In this document: positions 9,999-17,961 of the stretch, one piece after another
Layout of the letters: every line of letters starts with the position of its first letter
How positions within the stretch are numbered: the stretch's first letter is position 1
Virus record (IMG/VR): IMGVR_UViG_3300014641_000001
Coordinates: 60,266-124,265 of that record
DNA length: 64,000 bases
Source: a virus
Taxonomy: Duplodnaviria; Caudoviricetes
Strand: one strand, 5' to 3'
The notes under the pieces: generated by a model
Database searches by the model: none
What the model was told of the DNA's origin: nothing
The model's input: only the letters and a program-made list of their open reading frames with translations
Position numbers and translations under genes: made by a program

Positions 9999-10568
9999 TT
10001 AATCATGAATATCTAGTATCGTTATATATTTACCGCCACAGTTGTCAATCATATTTTTAAATTTCTTATCAAAATCTTCATCTTTAATAAAATCTTTTCC
10101 GTTCCAATGTTCTCTGGCGATTGCTGTACCGTCAGAGTCTATACATATATAGCAGTCTTGATTATCTAAATTTAATAAATCGTCACTGAAAGCTGAATCG
10201 ACATAAAGATAACCGTCTTGCGATCCCATACTAGAAAAATATTTTTCTTCTGAGTACATGAAAGAGTTGCCTGAGAATTTCTTCATCTCATATAATAAAT
10301 AAGAATGAAAAAGTCTTCCATTTCTCGCATCTTTGGCGTAGTATCCCCATCTGTATTTTTCATCATCTTTGTCAATTTTCAGTTTTAATGAACCAGCATA
10401 TCTTCCACCAATTTGATAATAATCCCATGTGAATAGTGGGTATTCCCCAATTAACTCACCAGTTTCTTCATCACTTTTTAAATTTTCGCAATCATATTTT
10501 TCCATAATATTTGAAATATTATTTTCTGTTGGGAATTCATCTGTTATTAATAAAGTACAATAATGCAT
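9999..10568 (-). CDS. Conserved hypothetical phage protein
   Basis: WDYYQIGGRYAG...TILDIHD. Confidence 0.75.
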   Translation of the reverse strand: MHYCTLLITDEFPTENNISNIMEKYDCENLKSDEETGELIGEYPLFTWDYYQIGGRYAGSLKLKIDKDDEKYRWGYYAKDARNGRLFHSYLLYEMKKFSGNSFMYSEEKYFSSMGSQDGYLYVDSAFSDDLLNLDNQDCYICIDSDGTAIAREHWNGKDFIKDEDFDKKFKNMIDNCGGKYITILDIHD

Positions 10569-10605
10569 TTATACTCCTCCTACATTCTCCTTTGAAATCG
10601 TCATT

Positions 10606-10869
10606 TTAGTGCTTTTTGTAACTCCACATAAAGTAACCTTGTTCTCCAATTTGGTCACACATATCACAAGTATGAGGCACTTCTTTCTGTTGGTATTCAC
10701 AAGTTTTACAACCAATCGGAACTGCTTTAAATCCTAACATCCTTCCACTCTCGTACTTTATTCCAGTAATAAAATATTCTTTACTATCTATAAACACTGA
10801 TGCTTCTTGATTCTGTGTTACCCTTATCGGCTGTTTGCCTAATTTTTCCCAAATCTTTAAATATTTCAT
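10606..10869 (-). CDS. Hypothetical protein
   Basis: CxxC pairs; SD GGAGG. Confidence 0.65.
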   Translation of the reverse strand: MKYLKIWEKLGKQPIRVTQNQEASVFIDSKEYFITGIKYESGRMLGFKAVPIGCKTCEYQQKEVPHTCDMCDQIGEQGYFMWSYKKH

Positions 10870-10885
10870 GAATCCTCCAATAAAT

Positions 10886-11623
10886 TCATTCTTTCAACTG
10901 CTTATATGTAAATAACTTTTCAACTCTAATATTTTGTTTGTCGTCTTTATTCTTATTACTATCCAACAATGTTTTGACTTCCTTCTGCCAAATACATTCA
11001 AACTCATCTGGCATAGCATACTCGCTTATCAAAACAGTATTATATATGCTTGCAGCTTTTACCCAACTATAAAATTCCTCATACGGAAACCATTCGGTTT
11101 TATATTTTGTAGTACCTTTATATGGTATATCGCAGTAAATAACATATCCTTTTATTTTATCTAGCGGCAGATTTCTAAAATCACTGCATTTAAATCTAAT
11201 ACCTTTTAAATTTGGTATTTGTTTTAAAGTATTGACATATGCTTCTTTGGAATAATTTCTTTTGCCAATTTTATCTCGCCTATATCCACCAAACCACTTT
11301 CCACCATATGAGAGTTGAAACCCAACGTATCCAACTAAATAATCATTATATAAATCTTTATTATTTTGAATTGATTTATAATCGTCTTCTGAGATGTTTT
11401 CCGGAGGAAGCCAACCCCCTGATAGTTTATTAAGAACTGCGATTAGATAGTTGTGTACGTCACAACCAATTCTTTTTTCACATTTTATCTTATCAATCAT
11501 GTTCGCACCACCTACAAACGGCTCTAAGTATCCAATTGTATCATCAGTAATATAGGACTGTATAATGGGAGCCAATTCTTTGCTTAATCTATTTTTACTA
11601 CCTACATATTTCAATAACATCAC
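10886..11623 (-). CDS. DNA adenine methyltransferase (D12/Dam class)
   Basis: KYVGSK..L, YLEPFVGGA, YCDIPY (DPPY variant), ISEY, EKLF. Confidence 0.9.
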   Translation of the reverse strand: MMLLKYVGSKNRLSKELAPIIQSYITDDTIGYLEPFVGGANMIDKIKCEKRIGCDVHNYLIAVLNKLSGGWLPPENISEDDYKSIQNNKDLYNDYLVGYVGFQLSYGGKWFGGYRRDKIGKRNYSKEAYVNTLKQIPNLKGIRFKCSDFRNLPLDKIKGYVIYCDIPYKGTTKYKTEWFPYEEFYSWVKAASIYNTVLISEYAMPDEFECIWQKEVKTLLDSNKNKDDKQNIRVEKLFTYKQLKE

Positions 11624-11715
11624 CAGAAAGGTAGAATTCTCTTTGGTCGCGACACCTTTATTCCTTTCTGTTTTCTTATATTAAATTTCCAATCAAATTT
11701 TCATTTCATGTATTC

Positions 11716-12555
11716 TTATTCTCCATCACCAAACGCAAGCATTTCATCTTTAGCTCTAGTGAAGAAATTTCTATCAATCTCAAACCCATATGCCGATCTT
11801 CCCAGCTCATGAGCTGCCCTCAGTGTTGCCCCTGAACCACAACACGGATCAATTACAACGTCTCCTGGATCAGTAAATGTTTCAATTAATTTTTTTAACA
11901 CACCTACCGGCTTTTGTGCTGGATGAATTTTAGGAATGTTCTTTCCATCTTTCTCCCATGTAAACCAATTGAAAACCATATGCCCTGTACCACGAATGTT
12001 CTTACCATTTTCGTCAATCTGTAATCCATTTCTGAACTTAGGAAGTTTATTGCGGTAAAATAATAGTGCATATTCGGTTGCACCAACTACACGCATATTG
12101 GCTTTTAAAACCTGTGGACTGTAATTCTTAACAAAAACCAATGGTATGTAATTTACGAATCCATGTTTCTTAGCTGCATCAATCAATGTCTGAATCTGTT
12201 CAAAGGAGCAGAATACAATCATGCATGGGCTATCTGAACTTCTTCCTCTTGGAACTGGTCTAGTATCATCCTTTTTTAACATCTTGGAACAAAAGTGGAA
12301 GTATTCATAAAGGTTAAAATTGAAGTCTGAATTGAAAGCTGCCTTACCAGCAAGTTTACTTTCTCCATTTGAACTATCACCGTTCTTATACCACATAGGA
12401 TTAGAACCGTAAAAATTATTTCCTACATTATATGGAACATCTGCAATGATTAACTGGGCAGGTCTGATTCCGTACTTTTTATAATTCTGCATCGAGTCAC
12501 GATATATCTCACATTTAACTTTTCTTTTTGTATTCTCTCTAATATTGTTTTCCAT
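11716..12555 (-). CDS. DNA N6/N4 methyltransferase (beta class)
   Basis: IIADVPY, HPAQKPV, VIDPCCGSG, GFEID. Confidence 0.9.
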   Translation of the reverse strand: MENNIRENTKRKVKCEIYRDSMQNYKKYGIRPAQLIIADVPYNVGNNFYGSNPMWYKNGDSSNGESKLAGKAAFNSDFNFNLYEYFHFCSKMLKKDDTRPVPRGRSSDSPCMIVFCSFEQIQTLIDAAKKHGFVNYIPLVFVKNYSPQVLKANMRVVGATEYALLFYRNKLPKFRNGLQIDENGKNIRGTGHMVFNWFTWEKDGKNIPKIHPAQKPVGVLKKLIETFTDPGDVVIDPCCGSGATLRAAHELGRSAYGFEIDRNFFTRAKDEMLAFGDGE

Positions 12556-12680
12556 TTATATTTTAGGGTACAGTACTGTTACCTCGCGAGAAACCACTAC
12601 CCTTTCTTCTATTTTCACATGTTGCAATCATGTTCTTATTAGTTTAATTCTCTTTTTAATAGGATGAATCTTTAAATTCA

Positions 12681-13199
12681 TCAATAAATATTATTTTCGT
12701 AGATTTGTACTAACTTATAAAAAGTCGTTCTTTTCAATTTAAGATCGTCCATGAACTTCTTAGCAGTAATTCCATTTCTTTTCCACTCCGTAAAATACTT
12801 TTCCCATCCTTCCGGAAACTCGGCTGAAGGTCTTCCGGTTGCATTACCCGTTTTAATTGATACCTTTTTCCCATCGACTAATGGCATAGCGTCTATTCCT
12901 CGCCTTTGATTTCTTTTTTTATATCCTTCGTAATCAATAATAGGGCTTCCTTTTTGTATGTACTTTTCTTTAAGTTCTGTTTCAACGAGATATGCTTCCT
13001 TTTCAGATAAGTCAGAAACAAGAATTTCAGAGCAAACGCTATGAGCATTGATTATTGCTCCAACATGATTACTCCTATTTTCGAAATTCTTATATCTGTC
13101 TCCACTTCCTTTTCCTATGTAAAAATAATCATTCCAATCATTATTGTAAAAAGCATAAACATAATACTTATTTTGATCCATAAATAAGGAGCTTTGCAA
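12681..13199 (-). CDS. GIY-YIG-like nuclease fused to a resolvase-type C-terminal HTH
   Basis: YYVY...FYIGKGSGDR...E; C-terminal QRRGI...GRP...LKRTTFYKL. Start uncertain. Confidence 0.65.
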   Translation of the reverse strand: MQSSLFMDQNKYYVYAFYNNDWNDYFYIGKGSGDRYKNFENRSNHVGAIINAHSVCSEILVSDLSEKEAYLVETELKEKYIQKGSPIIDYEGYKKRNQRRGIDAMPLVDGKKVSIKTGNATGRPSAEFPEGWEKYFTEWKRNGITAKKFMDDLKLKRTTFYKLVQIYENNIY

Positions 13200-13319
13200 A
13201 ATTGTGTCATGACGCTCATCTCCTTTCTAATTTTATGTATATTTATTAACCCAGTGTTCGCGATCACTAGATTCATAATTTACATTTCCGCATGAAAGCG
13301 GAGTTTCATTGCCAAATTG

Positions 13320-13366
13320 TTACTATATATAGTATTGAATGGTATTAAAACCACTACATATAGTAG
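13320..13366. promoter_or_regulatory. Tandem NrdR-box pair (putative)
   Basis: TTACTATATATAGTAT (13320) and CCACTACATATAGTAG (13351), starts 31 bp apart; resemble acaCwAtATaTwGtgt. Confidence 0.65.
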
Positions 13367-13444
13367 TCACATTTTCTGTTCCTTTAACTATTTTTGAGAT
13401 TTAAACTCTTGATTATTCGCACCAGAGTAATAACCGCAAAATTA

Positions 13445-13783
13445 TTATTCTTGTAAAAATAATGTTTTCAACTTACGGATTCTTCTGTCGAAACACCTTT
13501 CAAATTCTTCTTTAGAGATAAGCTCTAATTCAGAAATAGAATTTGTTGCATAATTATCATGTTCAAAACTTTCTCCGTAACTTTCGCTGTTGAAAAAATA
13601 CACTTCATTACAAACATATTCTCCATCACCAGCTTGATCCTTTTTAATAATCTGTCCAATAGCGTCACCAGATTTATAATACCTGCCCACCACATTGTCT
13701 TTCAGGTTTTCTAATTCATTCTCTTTCTCTTTTAAAACTTCTTGTAAATATTTTATATTGCTCTTAATTTCTGTTATCGTCAT
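13445..13783 (-). CDS. Hypothetical protein
   Basis: ORF track. Confidence 0.7.
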   Translation of the reverse strand: MTITEIKSNIKYLQEVLKEKENELENLKDNVVGRYYKSGDAIGQIIKKDQAGDGEYVCNEVYFFNSESYGESFEHDNYATNSISELELISKEEFERCFDRRIRKLKTLFLQE

Positions 13784-13982
13784 TCCTGTTAAAGCCCCCT
13801 TTTACTAGTTTAGAAACCAATGAACCAAAGAACCAACCATATCCAGCACAACCGATTAAATACATTACGATAGCACCTGGTTCACATTTGCTGATCCCGT
13901 CAGTTCCAAGGCCAATTATTATAAATAAGAAAGACGATAGAAATAACAATGCTAACAATGACGTTTTAATAATTCTCTTCAT
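13764..13982 (-). CDS. Small membrane protein (2 TM)
   Basis: Two hydrophobic segments; SD AAGGAG. Confidence 0.65.
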   Translation of the reverse strand: MKRIIKTSLLALLFLSSFLFIIIGLGTDGISKCEPGAIVMYLIGCAGYGWFFGSLVSKLVKGGFNRNDDNRN

Positions 13983-14008
13983 TTTTCTCCTTTCATGAAA
14001 CACAGATT

Positions 14009-14671
14009 CTATTGTAAAATTTTAAAGTCTACAAGTATCACTTCATGCTCACCGATAATATGACTTTTTATGTCTTCTAGTGTATATGGATATTTATTTC
14101 CAATTACAATGATATCATCTGAAATTTGATCTATATTTTCATGAGCGTCTGTTTCATAAACGCTTTTATGATAATCTCCATTCGCAATTATGGTTGACAA
14201 ATAAGATTTCCCAGCCACACTGTCACCAATGAAAACCCAGACTGGTCTTTTTTCTTTGTTTCTATTAATCTCTTTAAATAATTCCATGTTAACAGTAGCA
14301 CTTCCACCTGGGTAATAATAATCTCCTCCGTTACTATCTAATGAAAAGATGTTATTTTCTACATCATTAATTTCTTTTTCTCCTAAATCAATCAAGATAT
14401 CCAAATCAAAATATAAATCAGAAATTGGAACGTGAGTCACTCCTGCAAAACTACTAACCTTTTTTATGTATCCGTGTCCGAATGAGGCAGCACACCAACC
14501 ACTATAGCAATCTCCATATTCAGTCCATAACGTGATCTCATATTTACTTCCTTCATATTTACCATGTTCCACACAGTTAAGTATGTATAAGACATTATCA
14601 TCATAGTTATCTTCTCTGTCGTTATACGTAAGTTTTTTCTCTATCCTCATATACTTTACTTTTAAATTCAT
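14009..14671 (-). CDS. Hypothetical protein with C-terminal P-loop-like motif
   Basis: GDSVAGKS near the C-terminus. Confidence 0.7.
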   Translation of the reverse strand: MNLKVKYMRIEKKLTYNDREDNYDDNVLYILNCVEHGKYEGSKYEITLWTEYGDCYSGWCAASFGHGYIKKVSSFAGVTHVPISDLYFDLDILIDLGEKEINDVENNIFSLDSNGGDYYYPGGSATVNMELFKEINRNKEKRPVWVFIGDSVAGKSYLSTIIANGDYHKSVYETDAHENIDQISDDIIVIGNKYPYTLEDIKSHIIGEHEVILVDFKILQ

Positions 14672-14771
14672 AGCTTTCTCTCCTTTTCAATTTTTAGAAA
14701 CATGAACAGCAGGATTCGAACCTACCGTCCACATGAAACTCGTATTTCCTTGCTGTTTACTAATTCTCCGT

Positions 14772-16703
14772 TTACTTACCGATTAATTGCAGAAATTCAT
14801 CTTCAGTAATAATGGGAACGTTCAGTTCTTTTGCCTTTTTATTCTTTGATGAGCTGCTCAAACTGTCATTATTTATAAGATAACTTGTTTTGGCGCTCAC
14901 AGATCCAGACACCTTACCACCCAGATTTTCAATAAGCTCTTTTAACTCTTCTCTATTAGTAAAGGTATTTAAGGAACCAGTAATCACAAATGTTTTTCCT
15001 GATAAATCAACGTTACCATTCTGACTACCATTCTTCTGCCTTTCAAATGTAAACTCATTAGCTAGTTCTCTAATCCATAAACAATTATGTCTAATAAAAT
15101 TATTCATACTATCGTTCATAGTTGAACCAAAATCATCTAACAATGACCAATTGTAATTATTGATCCACTTATCATAAAAATCCTCAAAGTCACCATTCAA
15201 ATATTTTGATATGGTTTTACTTGCTGTTCTTCCGATCAAAGGAATGGATAAAGAATAAATAAATCTATCAAGTGTCGTACTTCTGCTCTTTTCAATATTA
15301 TTCATTAATGTTGATACAGATTTATTCCCCATGCCCTCTAATCGCTCAAGTTGTTCTCTGTATTGAAACAGCCAATAAATATCTACGAAGTTTTCCAACA
15401 GTCCTACGTTTATTAATTTTTCAAGCGTGGACTCAGACAGCCCTTCTATATTAATGGCATTTTTTGAACAGAAATGAATCAACCTTGATAATAACTTAGC
15501 CCGGCAGCCATTATTGCAACAATAGAGTGTTTTGCTACCATTTTCGTTATGGATTTCTACAGCTCCATCACAACACGGACATTTATCTGGAAGTTTCCAT
15601 GTATTACTCTTTGTTTTATTTTCGTGAACTTTAGGAATGACCATATTTGCACGATACACCATAATGGAATCACCAATACCAAGTTCCAAATCTTCTATAT
15701 AAGATACATTGTGCAAGGTAGCTCTTGTGGTAACAGCTCCGTCAAGGTCTACTGGATTAAAAATAGCAACGGGATTGATCAGGCCTGTTTTAGATGTGTT
15801 CCACTCAATATCTGTCAATGCCGTTTCATATAATTGGTCTTCCCATTTTAAAGCCAACATATTAAGTGGGTGATGAGATGTGGTTCCAAGTGATTTTCCA
15901 TATGCTATATTATCGTAACGATAAATCAAACCATCAACCGGGAGCCTGAAGTTCTCTGGGTTGAACAATTTTGAGCAAACGTCCAAATCAAAAACCATAC
16001 GATGTTCTACAACTGGCATTCCGAGATCAGAAGCGTAATCGTAATCCTCACTTAGATTTTTATAATCAGTTCCTTCAACAATATCAAACACGTAATATTC
16101 TAACTTTCGTTCAATAGCAATATTGGAATCTAATTGTCTTAGTGTCCCGGCTGCAAGATTTCGTGGGTGAGAATACGGTTCTTCTAATTCAGAATTAATT
16201 CTCTCAAAAGTATCCCATGGAATAACACATTCTCCACGAAAAATAACATCTATGGATCTTCTTAGTCTGACTGGGAGGTTAACACAATGCTTGAATGTGT
16301 GAGTAACATCTTCTCCAATTGTACCGTTCCCCCTAGTGACCGCTTTATATAATTTGCCACTTCTATATTCTGCAACTACGGTCAGACCATCGAGTTTCCA
16401 AGATTGAATTACATCTCTTTCCCCAATAAATTTACGAACAACGTCTAAATCCTTTGTCTTATTGGAAGAAAGCATTGGATATTTGTGTTCCACCTTTTCA
16501 AGGAAATCAACGACCTCTCCTTGAACGTTTTGTGTCGGAGATCCTGTTAATATGTAGTCAGTTTCGTTTTCGAGCGTCAACAGTTCGTCGTACAAATCAT
16601 CATACTGTTTATCTGTCATAATGGGATTATCGTATTTATAATAGGCGTTGGCTGCCTTGCCGAGTTCATCTACCAATTCTCTTATTCTATCTACCTTATT
16701 CAA
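14772..16703 (-). CDS. ligA: NAD-dependent DNA ligase
   Basis: KLDG, TRGNG..GEDVT, HPRNLAAGTLRQLD, CPCC Zn finger, C-terminal BRCT. Confidence 0.97.
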   Translation of the reverse strand: MNKVDRIRELVDELGKAANAYYKYDNPIMTDKQYDDLYDELLTLENETDYILTGSPTQNVQGEVVDFLEKVEHKYPMLSSNKTKDLDVVRKFIGERDVIQSWKLDGLTVVAEYRSGKLYKAVTRGNGTIGEDVTHTFKHCVNLPVRLRRSIDVIFRGECVIPWDTFERINSELEEPYSHPRNLAAGTLRQLDSNIAIERKLEYYVFDIVEGTDYKNLSEDYDYASDLGMPVVEHRMVFDLDVCSKLFNPENFRLPVDGLIYRYDNIAYGKSLGTTSHHPLNMLALKWEDQLYETALTDIEWNTSKTGLINPVAIFNPVDLDGAVTTRATLHNVSYIEDLELGIGDSIMVYRANMVIPKVHENKTKSNTWKLPDKCPCCDGAVEIHNENGSKTLYCCNNGCRAKLLSRLIHFCSKNAINIEGLSESTLEKLINVGLLENFVDIYWLFQYREQLERLEGMGNKSVSTLMNNIEKSRSTTLDRFIYSLSIPLIGRTASKTISKYLNGDFEDFYDKWINNYNWSLLDDFGSTMNDSMNNFIRHNCLWIRELANEFTFERQKNGSQNGNVDLSGKTFVITGSLNTFTNREELKELIENLGGKVSGSVSAKTSYLINNDSLSSSSKNKKAKELNVPIITEDEFLQLIGK

Positions 16704-16720
16704 TCAAATCCTCCTTAGTT

Positions 16721-16930
16721 TCATAGGCAATTTCTAAATAGAAATCTTTCAATCTTATTCATTTTTCTGTAACCAGTAATTGTACCTAGTTCAATTCCCA
16801 TATCATACATGTTCTTATCAAATAAGTTAGCATATTTATGACCACCTTTTCTGTACAACACTTTTACATTAAATAAATACTCCTTTTTACTTTCCATTAC
16901 ACCTCCATAAAATACTCGTTTAGTTGGCAT
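16721..16930 (-). CDS. Hypothetical protein
   Basis: ORF track. Confidence 0.55.
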   Translation of the reverse strand: MPTKRVFYGGVMESKKEYLFNVKVLYRKGGHKYANLFDKNMYDMGIELGTITGYRKMNKIERFLFRNCL

Positions 16931-17300
16931 AGTTCATCTCACAATCTTTAAATAAATTTAATTGCTGGTTTTTAGATACTAAATAATCGTAATCTATTTT
17001 ATCGCAACTGTTCTGATATACTATTTCTCCGAAGATACCCACAATCACACAGCCCACAAGTGAAACAAGTGGACTGATTCCCAACAACATTAAAATAATC
17101 CACAATGGAACGAACATTCCGCACATTGTCCAAAGTCCAAATATGCACATTCTATTTGCGCCGTAATAATGTTCTCTCGAAACCATTTTATCTAATTTGT
17201 TTAGTTTTACAGGAGTATATCCATTCCACTTCTTATGATCATATAAAAGCTGCTGTAAATCTCTTTGTTCATAATCTCTAAGATTAAAAAATTCCGTAAT
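16920..17300 (-). CDS. Membrane protein
   Basis: Two TM segments; frame extends to an ATT after GGAGGTG. Confidence 0.6.
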   Translation of the reverse strand: MTEFFNLRDYEQRDLQQLLYDHKKWNGYTPVKLNKLDKMVSREHYYGANRMCIFGLWTMCGMFVPLWIILMLLGISPLVSLVGCVIVGIFGEIVYQNSCDKIDYDYLVSKNQQLNLFKDCEMNYAN

Positions 17301-17343
17301 TTACACCTCCCTACCCTATTTTATTATCCTTTGAACCACTGTT

Positions 17344-17658
17344 TTAAGCCCTATTATTCTCTTCGTAATATTCCATACATTTTTCTATGTAGTCCAAATG
17401 AGAATGATAAAAGTCATCAAAAATATTATTCTCTTTCTTTTCTCTATAAAAGCCTATTCTACGTTTTACTTCTTTGTACATCTCTGATTTCTGTGATGTT
17501 TTAGTTTGTTTCTGACTATATTCAAATGCCCTTAGTTCATCTTTGGACAACCACTTTACCCAGGCTCCGCAATCGTCACAGTATAAGCCGGTATTGCTAC
17601 CTTTTACTTCAGTATGGAGCGATGTGCTACCACACTTTTTACAACAATTTTGATACAT
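17344..17658 (-). CDS. Zn-ribbon protein
   Basis: CKKCGS...GLYCDDCGAWVKWL. Confidence 0.7.
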   Translation of the reverse strand: MYQNCCKKCGSTSLHTEVKGSNTGLYCDDCGAWVKWLSKDELRAFEYSQKQTKTSQKSEMYKEVKRRIGFYREKKENNIFDDFYHSHLDYIEKCMEYYEENNRA

Positions 17659-17671
17659 CTAATCCCTCCAT

Positions 17672-17917
17672 TCAATAATTATGTCTCTCATCATTATCTA
17701 TTTCTCTATGTAAAGCGGCAACTCTTACATTTATTTTGCTCAGCTCCGAAACCATACGAAGATAATTTTCTCTGAAAAAGCAGTAGTTTTCGTAAACATT
17801 TTCTTCATTTACAAAATCCGGATTCTGAACAGTCGCTTTCAGATGATTAAGCATTACTGATGCCAAATTAATTCTATTAAATAGTTCCTCTGATTTATTT
17901 CTGTTTAAAGTTTTAAT
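17672..17917 (-). CDS. Hypothetical protein
   Basis: Frame extends to an ATT after AGGAGGTG. Confidence 0.55.
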   Translation of the reverse strand: MKTLNRNKSEELFNRINLASVMLNHLKATVQNPDFVNEENVYENYCFFRENYLRMVSELSKINVRVAALHREIDNDERHNY

Positions 17918-17961
17918 GATAACACCTCCTAATTCTCCTTTGAAAAATATATTTTCTGTAA

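Larger units (their letters stand above)
2641..17957. repeat. Left array of the 18-bp junction palindrome WTRAAW-N6-WTTYAW (about 20 copies)
   Basis: Copies start at 2641, 4226 (N7), 4731, 5673, 6056, 6517, 7122, 7609, 8932, 9126, 9405, 9977, 10592, 10880, 11692, 12664, 13292, 13995, 14733 and 17940. Example: 13292 ATGAAA-GCGGAG-TTTCAT. Confidence 0.9.

Noticed and set aside
10886-12555. Complete restriction-modification system
   Set aside because: No recognisable cognate restriction enzyme; orphan anti-restriction methyltransferases are more likely.
14701-14735. Complete tRNA gene
   Set aside because: Only a T-arm/acceptor-like hairpin is present; no D or anticodon arm.
17330-17347. Additional degenerate palindrome copies (17330, 42154, half-sites near 16719 and 28993)
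   Set aside because: Too many mismatches to separate from AT-rich background; left out of the count.
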